The position numbers and the translations under genes were made by a program. From Paragordius varius (taxonomy: Eukaryota; Animalia; Nematomorpha): 64,000 bases of DNA. The stretch spans positions 5,146,001-5,210,000 of the forward strand of contig OZ176055.1 in NCBI GenBank assembly GCA_964247055.1. Direction: 5' to 3'. Position 1 is the stretch's first letter. Each line of letters begins with the position of its first letter. The notes beneath the pieces are model-generated. The model saw nothing but the letters and a program-made list of their open reading frames with translations, was not told the DNA's origin and did no database searches. Positions 49,388 to 63,553 of the stretch are shown here, piece after piece.

Positions 49388-51224
49388 TTAAAATATATAT
49401 TCATTTTGTTATGTGAATGCTAATTTCATACCAAATATACTCAAATATAATATAAACAACAGATAAACCAAACAATATTTTTATAAAATTTTGATATGGA
49501 TCTAAAATCGCCCAATTTTTATGCCCTTTGAAATGGTGTGGCTTCCTGAAAATAAAAATTAATATTGCCGAGTTGCCAGAAAAATGCTAGATTTTGACAT
49601 AAAAAATAAAATCATTGAAGTAGTGAAGCATTTTCTTCAAAATTATTTTTTTATCAAACTTTTGTTGAAACTTACTCAACTTATCATGTAGAAACACTTA
49701 CTCATATAATCAGATATAGTTTAACTTAATGGGTAAAATTTTTGCATTATGTGAAAAACTGCTTCAAAGCCGGGTTTATTTTATATAATGGTGTATTTAA
49801 TAGAGGATAGAACACCACTCATGGCATTAAAGAATAAAATTTTGCCTTTGTTCAGGAAATAGCGACTTTGCTGAAACCATAGTCCCTTGGGTTGCAAAAA
49901 ATTTCGCTGCACGTTATTTTAAACGAGGCGCATTTTACAGAAAATAAGGCGTTACCAAACCGCATTTAAAAAGCGCTGGACCAAAAATTATTTTCTGCTG
50001 GAACTACCTATAACATGGTTGATATTAGTATTCTCAAGGCTTATCCAAAAAGTCGTTTCAATGTCAAATTATTTTTGCTTAGTAGGGTATTTAAAAAGGT
50101 CCCCCCTCAAGAGGGTTATACAAAAACACGCTTGAATAATATTTTTGACTTTTATATGGTGCATACATAAATGATGAATTTCAACTAGTCTCATAACTTG
50201 GAGCGATAAGTTGTTCCACTTTGTTTTTAAATGATAATGTATTTTTCACAAGGAGCACTAGCTAGCGGCTTATTACAAAAGAGCAATAAACCTTTGTAAT
50301 CCTGGAAATAGCTGAACCCTTATTGAATCTTTTTGGTTTCAATAAATCGCTTTCAAACCATTAGAATGGGTGGCCTATCTAAGGTTAAAACCATATTGAT
50401 TTCATCGAGTTTTATAAGGCGAAAATTTGCCTCAAAAAATTATAAGGGAGTTCGATTTTTTGCCAAAAATGTTTTTTTACGAAAGATTGGCCAAATGCGG
50501 GGGCTAATTAAAAAAAAGTCGACAGACTGTTCGGCTCATTTGTAATAAGGGGCCTAAACTTTTTTCATTAAATCGTTTCAATAATTTTTGGGAATTTGTT
50601 TAAAAAAAACAACTCGATGGTGTTGAGGAGTTAATACAAAAAAAGTGATTTGACTACATTCATCGCTTTAATAATTAATAAAGTTTTCCACTTTTGATAT
50701 GAATCGGCCTGCATGTTCCAAAAAATATCACAAAGCCAGCATTCTACTTTTTTATTAATGGTTTATCAATTAATTCAGATATAATGTCAGATAATATATT
50801 AAACAGCAAATATGGAGAAAAGCACACTTATATAAACATATTATAAAAAATGTATAAATCATTCTGATTTAGAAATATTGGTTTTAATAAAAAATGAGAA
50901 TTTTTATAGTTTTTTTTAAAGTTATTATCATGGAAGATCCATACAAAAGCACAAATTGCCTCTTAACGAAAAAGTTTTTTTTAAAGAATTAGCATGCCAT
51001 TATACATTGAAGAATTTCGATGCGGATAGTTAAATTATGATTTGCGTATTTGAACTTCGGTATCATGAATTGGCTTTAAATTTGTATCGTTGTTACTATA
51101 ATTATAATAATCATAAAGATTAATATTTGGAAATAAAAGTAAATACATCAATGTAAAATTTTTAATGACCTGCATTATTCATTGAATTATTTTTTTAATT
51201 TTATAATCTTTTAAATTTAAGAAA

Positions 51225-51490
51225 TTGAAAAATAATGCTTCAAAAGAGACAAATTTAAAAAAGAGGTTGGGCGAAAGAACAATAATCAAAAAATTTAACT
51301 TATTGGTAAATATTGACGTTATAAGAAAAATATCAGTGTGACAACTAGTGTTGTTAATAAACCGAGCCGAAAACGCGACACGGCTAGGTGTGGTTTGAAA
51401 TTTATATAATTCGATTCGACCTGATGGGCAAACATTAACCCGATGATCGGTTTGTCTGATCAATCGACGTTTCGATCAAGCTGACCCGCG
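51225..51490 (+). mobile_element. Possible Penelope-like element remnant (GIY-YIG C-terminus plus pLTR fragment)
   Basis: The plus frame KETNLKKRLGERTIIKKFNLLVNID resembles the GIY-YIG tail of Penelope ORFs. It is followed by CCTGATG...CCCGA and an inverted GATCGAAACGTCG hammerhead-like half. Confidence 0.35.
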
Positions 51491-51990
51491 AAAAAACTTA
51501 ATTCATTTTTTATTTTAATAATAATAAAAAAGATTTATCCTGTTGCTTTCTTAATCCATTAATTTGTATTTTTTGCTATACACTGCTGTATCATTCATAA
51601 ATTGTGTCTAATTATATCTATAGCTAAACCCCGTCACGACGGGATGCCAAGGGAACCCTTAACAATAGTCATGTATCTATCACTATAAATTAATTGGTAT
51701 TCTAATCGTTTGCCGAAAAATCAAGCAAAACTAAATTTTAAAAATTCTTAATTATACGCCGCTATGGCGTCCGGGACATAAATACACCACCTTGGATGTC
51801 ATATTTAGCATTGTGCAACATAGGTTATTTATGGATGCTTTTCTACGATTCCCTAATTGTATGTGTTGAATACACACAGTTAAAACCCCGAAATTGCGCA
51901 ATTTTATAATTTACGGTCAGCCCCGGGCAGGTGTTGTAAAGCTTTCAAAAGTCCTGATACAATTAAGAAAGAGATTAGAGAAACTGTATT

Positions 51991-54900
51991 TTATCTTATA
52001 TCAAACTCATAAACCCTATATTTTACATACTTGATCAACGCTGTGTTAGCCGCCCTTGGAATGGGTGTCTGCTCTATTGTATTGACAGTTGGATCAATCC
52101 TTGGTCTAGTATTATTTGCAGTATATGTAATCGTAGATGCGTTATTATTGGTTGTGTTCATTGATGTTGCGAGTTTAGCAGCATTCTTTTTAGATCGACG
52201 TTTCTCGTAAATAAATATTATGGCACAAAGCAACGCAACTTCCAAGCAAATTCCAAGGAAAGGCCATACTGCAGCTAGCTTATCTATAAGCGTTTTAATT
52301 ATAATTAATATAATAATAATAATCATATCCACAGATTACTGGTTTTTATAAGTCATGAATTCAAGATCTTTTTGTAAAGAACTAATAATACGAATTTTCC
52401 ATTGTAAAATTGAATAATAAATTCATGAAATTGTATGCATAAAATGATTAGATTAATTTATTTCAATATAAAAATAATAGGATAAGTTAAGATTTTTGAA
52501 AAAAAACAAATATCCATTTTAGTTCAAATAACAAAGTCACTCAAGATATAATTCGTATAAATATAAAGAAATGCTTATAATAAAAAAAGATTCAAATAAC
52601 ATTTAATTCAGATGACTTTTTATTAATAACTGATTTACAAAATATAGCGGTATTTAAGATATTAACATGATGATAGCCGTAAAACTAATACAATAAATGT
52701 GCATTGTCAATTTCAATAAGGTTGATAAAGGGAAATAACAGTTTTCTTAATTTTAATAAAATTGTTAGAAGGGTACGTGCAACGTAAACTCGACTCAATT
52801 ACCATAAAACTCACGAAAAGGAAACTGTAAAGATTTAACTATATACAACTAGGTATTCACATTTAACATTTGTAAAACGGAATGATCGTCGCTAACTTTT
52901 AATTCAAAGACTGTCTATAATAAAAAAACAATTTTATATTAAATAAAATCATTATCAGATACCATATAATATACATAATAATTACACTGCCTTTAAAAAT
53001 ATATATAAACAATGTCTAATGTTATTCAAATTACCCTTAATCCGAACAGTAATTGTTTGATTGTGAAAAGATTTTGCATTATGTGCCTTGCACATATATA
53101 TACCCTTGTCGGCATATCCCACATTACGTATTTTGAGAGTGCTATTGGCTAAATCTAAATTAAAAAATGATATTCACCAATAATTTTGAATATCCAATAC
53201 AATTAGAATTTATTAAGCAAACTCTGACAAAATACCCATATTTATAAATAATACATTAGTTGAATAGCCGTGAAATATTACAAACATCTTATGTATCATT
53301 TTGTGAATTTTCAATTATTAAAATATTAACACTTGGATACAACACATTCATTTTAGTCCTTCGATTCAAATTGGGGTAGTTAAATACCCCAGGGCTTTTT
53401 AAATACTTCAAAAAATATGGAAGGAATCGATAGCATAGAAAAATTTTGCACTTATATAACACTAATAAACCGAAATATATAAAAAATTTTATTCAAAAAT
53501 ACTTGATATTACTTATTTTAAGCTAAAACCGAAAGGTAAAATTTTAGTCAAAGTGACATGTGTGAAATGGTAAAATTGAAAAATAATAAAAAATAAACCG
53601 CTTTTTCTATTTATCCATATTAAATGTAATTTAAATAAAAAATTAGCTTTAATTTTACCCTTAAAATTAAATGCGATATTTTGCAAAAATTTTGTAAAAT
53701 CAAAATGGCGTCCAAGATGTTTGAGATGGAACATTTTTTCAAAACAAATATTTAGATATTTTGGGATATTTATATAATTTTGATTAGGATAGAAGCATAA
53801 ATTTAAATTGGGACCGTTTCCTTCACTAGTTTTTTAATAATCCAAACTCAAATTTAGTCTGGGGAATTTAGATACCCCAATTTGAATCGAAGTGTTACTG
53901 AGTGCCTAAAAAGTCTAAAATAAATAATTAAGCTTATATCATTAGGCGTTTACATCCAAAATACAATATATTGGTTTTATCTAAAAAGTCATTTAATTAA
54001 CTTTTTAAATCACTAATGGTACTAAGTGTCTAAAATGTCAAACTAAATTGGACAAAAAATTAAGATATTAATTAAATGCGTATTTTTGGTTAAACGTTTT
54101 GGAAGTGGTTTCTAAAAGACATATACATCTTTAATAGCTTTGTACAAATCCTAAAAATATAATTTTTGCTAATCAGAAAATGTTATATAACAATAAAATT
54201 GTATTTTAAGTTGCACATTATGTAATAGAAACGGCCAGTTATTGATAATAAATGTATAAGCGCTTGTAAATTTTAAGAAATTTTCCAATAATTTTTCTTG
54301 TATAGTATGATTGAGTAGACAATACGAATTCATTGATTCTTAGCAAATAACATATACAGCAGGAAACATTATAGGATCAATATTTTGGATTTTTACTGCC
54401 ATTAGCAAAAACAAAATGATCTTTGTTGTATATGCTATTTAGACGAGGTAATGATGAAACTTTATTTAAACACAGTGAATATATATGCTTACCCTCAGGC
54501 ATATCCCTGTCAAATGCAACACGGCCCTTAAGTTCCTCCACGTTTGAATGTATGGGAACAAAATCGGAATCTTTCCCTTCGCGTTTTCGGAACCACTGAA
54601 CAATGGGTGCTGGACATGATAATACTTCACATTTAATTTTAAGGGTATCTCCTTCAACGATGGATAGAGAACCTTGTTCGTTAAGTGGTTTAACACGGAC
54701 TGGAGCTATACGATTTATAAGAAAACTATATTTTAATTCATAACTTTTTAAGGAGTAGTGTGAACTATAAAATAAATTTTTTAGTGACTATTTTGAACTT
54801 ACATTGAATTTTTAGGAATATTTTTCAAGTAAATTATTAATTTTTTTTTCAAATAAAAAACAATACCCTTTAAGGCAACGATATACTGCAGGCTATTTAT

Positions 54901-57583
54901 GTCAGGATTTATACTGGAGCAAACAAAATTTCCACAATCTTTCACGGTTGGCTTTTTGATAAGTAATGCGTTTTCGTCCTTTATGATATATCTGGGATTA
55001 GTTTGATTTGTGATTGTGGATAAATTAGAAAACTTCCACGAAAATTGAAGTTTTTGTCCGCTCGGGGAATGAACATCAGCTTTGCAAGTAATAGTAACAT
55101 CCTATTAAGATCGATATTTAAAATAATAAAAATCAATTAGTAATATTGGGACATGATTTACCAAAATGAAATCCTTATTCTACTAACGACTAAATTACTT
55201 TGATGTTATAGTTTATTTTAACAAATTTTTATTAGGAAAAACTAAAGTTTTATTCGCATGGCGTCTATTTATTAATGTAGGTAAATACTCACAATTATAC
55301 TTTGTTTATTAATTTATAATAAATAATTTATTTGATGGGCTAATATTAAATAAAAATTAAAAGTTATTTTTATTTATATGTCGAAAATGTTAAACTTTTT
55401 ATGATTATCTATGGTGTTAGTGAAGTATTGATATAATAATAGAAACATAAAGACAAATTATAAGATTGAAAAAAAACGACAATCATATGAATATATTAAA
55501 AATATGTTTGTTTAGCATGTTAAGTCGTTTTGCAAAAATATTGAATTTGAAATAGGAGATAGTCTATTCAAGAGCGTCATTGTAAAAATAGCCATTAATC
55601 TTTTTAAGATTTCATAATTAATAATACCTATATAGTTTATTAGAATTACCATGCATTACACACTATAATCATAAAGCGTCATATTATAAAAATAATTAAT
55701 TAGGTTAATTATAAAAATAATTTTTGTCATATTTGTAAGTTTGTCATTTTTGACTGTAAAGTTTAACAACATACAAGAAAAATGATTAATTTAGCTTTAA
55801 AATTAAAATATACATTATATTTATAAAATGTGAAATCATCAGGTTGAGTAGCGTTAATAAATCAAAAATAATCATCTCAAATCTTTTCCCAAATATATCC
55901 TTTTATTGCAAAAAGAAACATCAATAAATATTTAATTATTCCGATATATATTATCCATAACATTATAATTCAAATATTTAAATTAAGTCTAATTAATCCC
56001 GTCACCGTTTTCGCTAATTATATCCATGTTATAAAACATTTTTTAATCAAAATTCATGGGTAATTTTGTAAATAATTTTAATATAAAAATTTCTTAAGAG
56101 TGTGAGAATTACTTTGAAAATCTAAAATATTTGTAAATTGAGTGGCTTTAAAACAAAATTGAAACCAAATAGGACTTAAAAAATGTAAAATACGATTAAA
56201 AATCATTACTTCCAAATCAGCCATAGGACCAGGGCGATACTTCATTGTAACTTCGGAATCGGAATCAACTAACATAAATAAATTATAGAGCTTACAAAAA
56301 GAAAATACACCACTAATATTTTTATCACCTCTTAATTAGTGTTTAGCTTTAGCGCAAATTACGAATTTTTGTGATTTCATTTTTAAATAAATAATTATTT
56401 AAAGAACTAGGGTTTTAAATAAGTTTAGTCAGCTCTAAGGAGTTACAGTTAAAGGAGAGAACATTTAAAGTTTTTAAGCTTTAATTCTATTTTCTGGGGA
56501 TCAATGTGGCTGACTGATGGCCGCCTAACGTAAATTTTAATAATTGCCTTTAATTTTAAACAAAAATGTATTTTGTTTAAAAACTGAAAGAATTCAGTGT
56601 CACAGCGGTAAAAAGATTATTTTAGAGTTAACACTGATAGTTTAGTTCAAAAATGTACTTTTCCAAAAAGTAAGTGTTTTATGAGATTTCCATGAAAAAC
56701 TAAAATCTTGTTGATTATATAGGCAAGAAATACTATTTATATTCATTTTTCGTTTTTTTGGATTTAAGAATTAATAAAATTTATATTGTTTTATAAATGT
56801 GTGAATATTTGTTTGCATTGCACACGTCTCAATGTAACATTTATACGCTGGTTGTATTTATAATATTTGCATTTTTTAAACTATTTACAACTAGCCATTT
56901 TTGCCAAGTTCTAAGACCTCTGCTATAATATATAATTGCAACAGGTAAAAATATTATCAAAAATTAACAATGTTGTCCTTTTAGGTGTTATATATTGCTA
57001 CTTGATGAAATTGGCCTCAATATAAAATCTATTGGTTGAAAATCAATTTCAATTAGGTATATAAAAATATTCTAAATTAATTTATACTAAATTATTACCA
57101 ATTTTTTATATATACTAGGTAAATATATATAATATTAAATTTTGGATTTTTGAAAAAATTAATCTGATATAAAACCTAGTATACTTACATCGAACAACTT
57201 GAAAAAATAGTTTAGATTCTGTGTCAGGTTGGCACTTGTATTCGCCGGTTTTATCGAGGGTTGCTCTTTCTATAACCAAGGTGCTATTAACGACTTCTGA
57301 GTTCCCCTCATTATATATTTGATAACCAGATTGCTCACTTATTCTTTTGTTATTCTTATACCAAACGGGTTTTTCTCCTTTGTTTGTTAGAATAGAGCAT
57401 TTTAATACATTATTTATTGATCCTAAAACAGCATATTTTGGTCCTGTTATGGTTGTGGTAATGGCTAAATGATATATATTATTATATCAGAATATTATTA
57501 AATTTGAATAAATAAATTATACCAGTGTACATGATAGGTACGAAATTTAAAGCAAGAAATATGACAAAAAGGTCGCAAAGCAT
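51991..57583 (-). CDS. BSG: Basigin/neuroplastin-family Ig cell-surface protein (signal peptide, 3 Ig domains, TM, tail), about 416 aa
   Basis: Minus-strand exons 57523-57583 (signal peptide), 57189-57464 (Ig: LKC...WYKN...GEYKC), 56210-56268, 54867-55101 (ITC...FSWK...GNFVC), 54493-54705 (IKC...VQWFR), 53035-53148 (LKI...DKGIYMCKA) and 51991-52283. The TM segment LAAVWPFLGICLEVALLCAIIFIYEKRR, with its intramembrane Glu, is diagnostic of basigin/neuroplastin. The 3' end may splice at 52031 instead of reading through. Confidence 0.9.
53329..53895 (+). mobile_element. MITE family C copy in basigin intron
   Basis: Reads TTAACACTTGGATACAACAC...CCCCAATTTGAATCGAAGTG. Confidence 0.85.
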
Positions 57584-58321
57584 ATTGGATAGTGAGGTTT
57601 AGCGCACAAATGGTTAATGAACCTCTGATATGACACCTTGTTGGGCACCTGGATCTGCGGGACATAATTAATTAATACAACATAATCTATTCCTATAATT
57701 TGTTAAAATATATTATTTAAAATTCTTATGATTGTAATAGGGATTATAATTTACGAAAAGTTTCAGCAAAACTTTTCTTCTGGCATAATTTTATCAATAA
57801 ATATTATTAATATTTAATGACCTTTTGGGATAGTTTTATATCCCAGTAATATTTTTACTTTTAAACCCCAATTTTAAAATATGTTCTTTAGCTTTAGACG
57901 CAAAATACAAAATTTTCCTAAACAAATCAAATATAAAAAAATCTATATCAAACTAGCCGCCTATCTTTTTCTATAATTTTTAAAATGGCTAATTCATCAG
58001 GCATGTAAATGGATATTATTCTTATATGTAAATAATTTACGTTAAAAAGCTTTCAGGCTACATCTTGTCGTTTCAATAATGTATGGAACTGTCCCAATTT
58101 AAGGCTTTAGAAGTCAAAAAAATGTAAAATTTATAAGCTCTTGAAAATATATTTGATAGGTAGCAATGTATAATAAAGTCTATGAAATAACAAGCATTAT
58201 TTATTAGGACTATTGTAATGTGACCAAATTAAACTTAAACCCAGTACAAAATTAAAACATACTTTGCCTGTTTTTACATCATCGGTGTGGTATATTAAAC
58301 AGTTTCCACAAAAAAATATCC

Positions 58322-58357
<36 letters not shown>

Positions 58358-59290
58358 GGTGCTTTTGGTATAACCTTTAAGATTAAAGGAAGTTGTTAAC
58401 ACTTTTGTTGCAAGTTCTCCGTATAAAATTGCAAAAAGTGCGCAATTTTTTCAAATAATTATTTGGTGAAGGCCAAATGCTTTGTTTTAAAAAATTTCAC
58501 TTATAACATAAACTACATTAACAGGAAATACCTGGAATTCCTATTTTTACGGTCTCATACTTTGGGCGAAAATTAGATTCAAAAAATTATTTTTGTGTAC
58601 TCAATTTTTTTGAAAAAAATGGCATTTTACGGGGGGAGCAGGTAAAAAGAGAGCCTAAATTAAAAAGCAGGCCGACCATGCCCGGCGCAATCAAAAATAA
58701 GCAAAAAAATCATATTATCGAATGGTCCAACACTTTTTCCGGAAAATTGTCTAAAAGACACGATTTTTGTGGACTTTTGTTTTCAAAAAAAATCGTTTTT
58801 TACACGGGGGGGCCCAACTGGGGGCCTAATTTAAAAAAAGGGCGAAGCTATTGTCGGGGCATTCATTAATAATTATATTTTTCCACATTTGGATTTGAAT
58901 GGATCTACCGGTTTTCCGGAAACAGATCACAAAATCAGTATTTTCCATTTTATAAATATATAGAGTTATAATATATCTTGATTGTCAGTTTTTTAGCAAA
59001 GATTTATGGTTATTAAATTTATAATGCCCTAAATATCACTATTGTCAAATTTCTTCTAATATTTCTTTAAACATATTATTTAAAAGCTATGGGGTATAAT
59101 ATGATTAAGGGTAATGGTGTGTTAATCTATACTTCATTATAAAATCCATTTTAAAATGTGATTGTCCCAGAGGCACATATTGGTGATCTATATAACACTG
59201 CGGACAAAATTGGGGGGGGGGGGGGTAAAAAAATAACCTGATAATATATATTCTAATAGATAATGTATCAGATGATGCTTTTGGTTTTAA

Positions 59291-60238
59291 CCCTAATTAA
59301 TGATTTAACAAGGTTATCTATCCTTGTGGTAAGTGCTACATATCAGAAAATAGCAAAATTTGCGCATTTTTTTTTACTGAATTTTTTTGGGTGAAAGCTA
59401 GAGATTGAATCCAAAAAATATCACTTAATTACATCCCAAACATATAAAAAGCAAAACAATATTTTAAAAATTTATTTTTATGTGTGGCTCCAAAACTCTC
59501 AAATAGAAACTCTTCTAAAATGAGCTGATCCTCTAAAAATAACTCCAAAAATTCGGCATGCCCAATAATTTTTATTATATATACTAAAATGTATAATTTT
59601 TTTAAAGAATTGATTTTTAGTGAAATTTTTTTCCGTACTTTATACTACTTTGAGGTATAATGGAAACGGTTTAAAAGCGCTTTAAAATATTAAAAAACCG
59701 CTTTTTCTATATAATTTCGAATTATCGCTTCAATTTAATTTAAAGGTTCGTTTGTTAAAAAATCGATATTTTTTGTAAAAAAAACACAATATTGATATAT
59801 ATGTTTGAAGACAAAATAATTTAATAAAAGTTCTGACGTGATGATATTAAAATTATATAAGAGTTTTTATGATATTTTACGCTTAACCCGTTTCCATCAT
59901 GACACAAAATAGCATGCAAGCTTCGACAAAAAAAATTTTGCAATTGCCTACATTTTTTCATAAATATTCTTAATATCAAAATTCAGAATATATTTTCAAT
60001 TTTTATCGAGCCATCCCGGCATTTTTGCCCTTATTTTAAGAGGAATAGCCCATTTTAGAAGAACAAAAAATTTAGGACTTTTGGAGCCCACATTTAAATT
60101 GAAAACAGTATTTTGATTTTTATATACAATAATAATTTTAGGTCACCAAAAAAATATGTAAAATGTGCGTAAATTTTGCGTTTTTCTGATATGGAGCACA
60201 TACCACAAAAGTGTACTTTCTTAAATAATTTTTAAGGG
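59291..60238. mobile_element. piggyBac-type MITE family B, complete copy (948 bp, long imperfect TIRs)
   Basis: Reads TTAA(59287-59290)-CCCT...AGGG-TTAA(60239-60242). The arms are inverted for roughly 300 bp (e.g. GTGCTACATATCAGAAAA vs TTTTCTGATATGGAGCAC; GTGTGGCTCCAAAA vs TTTTGGAGCCCAC). Confidence 0.8.
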
Positions 60239-60331
60239 TTAATTCAATAGCAACATGATAATACTAATATATTGTTATATCAGAATATATATTTTAGCAG
60301 CATATTTTATTTATGGACACTGTGTAAATAT

Positions 60332-62501
60332 AAGGGCTTGGAACCGGTTAAAAATACTGGAACCGGAACCGCGATGGTTCCTTAAAAATTTCGCGGTTCC
60401 GTAACCGGTTCCTTTCATTTAGAACCGGTTCCATTTTCGGTTCCTGACTTTTAATTAATTGATTTTCTTAAAATATATTTATTATAATAATAATACACAA
60501 AATATTATTAATAATTATAAATCAAACAATTTATTAATAGCCAGATATATAGTGTAACAAATATAGTGCAGCATAATAAAATAAAAATTATAAAAAAATC
60601 TATAAGGTTAAAGGTATACAATGAGTGTTAAATTACTTGACAACAAATTCATTTGAGTCCTTCGATTCAAATCGGGGTAGTTGGATACCGGCCTGTTTAA
60701 AATAAATTCTTTAAAAAATATAGAAGGAATCGAAACCAAGGCAAAATTTTGCACCTATATAACATTAATAAACTAAAATATATAAAAAAATTTATTCAAA
60801 AATACTTGATATTACGTATTTTATGCTAAAACCCAAAGGTGAAAATTTAGTCAACGTGGCATGTGTGCAGAGTAAAATCGAAAAATAATTTAAAATAAAC
60901 CGCTTTTTCTATTTCTATCAATGAGATGTAATTTAAATAAAAAAATTAGTTTTAATTTTACCCTTAAAATTAAATGAAAACGATATTTTGCAAAAATTTT
61001 GAAAATAAAAATGGCGTCGAAGTAGTTTGACATGGAACTTTTTTTTCTAAACAAAATGTTATTTGGATCTTTTGGCATATTTATATAATTTTTATTAGGA
61101 TAGAAATAATAATTTAAATGTGGCCGTTTCCATCAGTAGTTTTTTAAAATCCTAACTTAAATTTTGTCTGGGGTATTTAGATACCTCAATTTAAATCAAA
61201 TTAAGTAAGTTATCTAAAAAATCTTTATTTAATATGTAGTGGTAAAATCAAATTTAAATATATAAAATCAAATTTTTATATCAAAAATTATATTCAAATT
61301 GGGATTTTTAAATACTCCAGACTGAATATATGAATAAGCTAAAATATATAAATAATTCGTTTGAAAAAAAGTTTCATGTCAAACTACTTCGACGCCATTT
61401 TTATTTTACAAAGTTTTTGAAAAATATCGTGTTATTTATATTTATCGGTTAAATTAAACTAATTTTTTATTTAAATTACATCTATCATTGATCGAAATAA
61501 AATTGGATTATTTAGCATTATTTTTTAATGTAGCCAATGCACACATGTCAGGTTGAGTAAGTTTTTACCTTTGGTTACCTTAACACTTCGATTCAAATTG
61601 GTGTATCTAAATACCCCAGACTAAATTTGAGTTAGGATTTTCAAATAACTACCAAAGGAAACAATCCCAATTTAAATTTATGCTACTATCCTAATAAGAA
61701 TTATATAAATATGCCAAAATATCTAAAAAATATTGTTTCGAAAAAAAAGTTCCATGTAAAACTACTTCGACGCCATTTTTATTTTACAAAATTTTTGTAA
61801 AATATCGTTTTCATTTAATTTTATGGGTAGAATTAAAGCTAATTTTATATTTAAATTACATCTAACATTGATAGAAATAAAAAAAGCTGTTTAATTTGTA
61901 TTAATCACATTCAGTTTTAGCTCAAAATAAGTAACATCAAGTATTTTTGAATAAATTTTATATATATTTTGGTTTATTAATGTTATATAAGTGCAAGATT
62001 TTGCCATGGTTTTTAACCCTATCATATTTTTTAAAGAATATAATTTTAAAAAGGCCTGGGGTAACTACCCCAATTTGAATCGACGGACTAAAATGAATTG
62101 TTGTATCCAAGTGTTTAAATAAGTAATATCAAGTATTTTTGAATGATTTTTATATATATTCCGGTTTATCAATATAGGTGCAAAATTATGTCATGGTTTT
62201 GATTCCTTCCATATTTTTTAAAAAATTTAATTTTAAACAGACCTGGGCTATCCAACTAACTCAATTTGAATCGAAGGACTGAAATGAATGTGTTGTATTT
62301 AAAAATTAAGGGGCTACAACCGGAACCAGGTTGGTTCTTAAAAATTTATAGACCAAACCGGGGTGGTTACTGAAATGTTGGAATCGGTACCGGGGTGGTT
62401 CTCAGGCAAATGGACCCGGAACCGCGTTGATTTTATCTCAATGGAACCGGTTCTTTTTAGAATCACAGGAACCGGGTTCCAGTTTCCGGTTCCAAGCCCT
62501 G
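60332..62501 (+). mobile_element. Non-autonomous hAT element carrying nested family C MITEs
   Basis: TIR (C/A)AGGGCTTGGAACCGG / CCGGTTCCAAGCCCTG and a perfect 8-bp TSD GTAAATAT (60324-60331, 62502-62509). GGAACC subterminal repeats are present. The interior is mostly family C copies (about 60630-61200 +, 61330-62300 -, inner 61584-62113 -). Confidence 0.88.
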
Positions 62502-63123
62502 GTAAATATATATTATGGGAATCTTATATGTGAGGTATACAAGTAGGTCTTTCGAATTCAAAATAAAAATATTTCTAATCATCTTAGAGGCACTTGTTTT
62601 TTAAATGCTCGGTTTAGGATTGTATGTAAATCTAAGAGTTGTTCGAAAATGGAATATTTTTCACGAATGCTCCGAATATTCACAATAAATTTTCTAATCA
62701 ACCCTTAGTAAAGCCATCTAAAAAATAGGATTTTCAGATTATTTCAATTATTTCACTATTGCTCTTGGATATCTGAGTCATTTTTCTGTAGTGATCCCTC
62801 ATTTCAGATTCGTTAAAAGTAATAGTTTAGAGAACTCAAAATTTATAAATGGTTACGCCAAAGGGACTAAGCTTGAATAAAATTGGAGTTTTATAATTGG
62901 TAGCATATTATTCTTTTTTAGTCATCCGATTTAAACGGGAATCTGATCTTGTAACTATTTTTTATCTATTCTTTAAATCTGGATTATAGTATATTTAATA
63001 TATTCAAATGCGCCTAAATCCCATAAATTCCATAAAAGTCAAGAGTTAGATAAATTATTTGTGTAAGTGAAAAATTCACATTCTTATATCGTTCAGTTTG
63101 TATTCAGCTGTTTCCTATAAGCG

Positions 63124-63553
63124 ATGCAAATTTTTGTAAAGACTTTAACGGGAAAAACGATAACTTTGGAAGTAGAGGCATCGGATACCATTGAAAATAT
63201 TAAAGCGAAAATTCAAGATAAAGAAGGTTGTATTTATTTTATTTTAGGCATACCACCGGACCAACAACGTTTGATTTTTGCTGGAAAGCAGCTTGAAGAT
63301 GGACGAACGCTTTCTGATTATAATATTCAAAAAGGTTTGTCTTATTTTACTTTCAGAGTCCACTTTACATTTGGTTTTACGCTTACGGGGAGGTATTATA
63401 GAGCCGAGTTTAAGAGCTCTAGCACAGAAATATAATTGTGAAAAGAAAATATGCCGTAAATGTTATGCAAGAAATGCGGTTCGGGCTTCGAATTGCAGAA
63501 AACGAAAATGCGGACATAGCAGTTATTTGCGACCAAAAAAGAAACATAAATAG
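63124..63553 (+). CDS. UBA52: Ubiquitin-60S ribosomal protein eL40 fusion, 3 exons, 128 aa
   Basis: Exons 63124-63226, 63248-63334, 63357-63553; introns 21 and 22 nt. Splicing restores intact ubiquitin (...DKEGIPPDQQ...[16 protein letters not shown]) fused to eL40 (IIEPSL...CRKCYAR...CGH...LRPKKK). Confidence 0.98.

Noticed and set aside
50333-50545. Basic 70-aa ORF, and similar 63-aa ORF at 58678-58869
   Set aside because: Both fall in degenerate repeat-like sequence related to 45830-45960 and show no motifs.
63551-63553. Ciliate or other variant genetic code as an explanation for tiny introns
   Set aside because: TAG (UBA52), TAA (VBP1, TRAPPC6) and TGA (SEC61G) all end conserved proteins at the expected position, and Gln is encoded by CAA/CAG.
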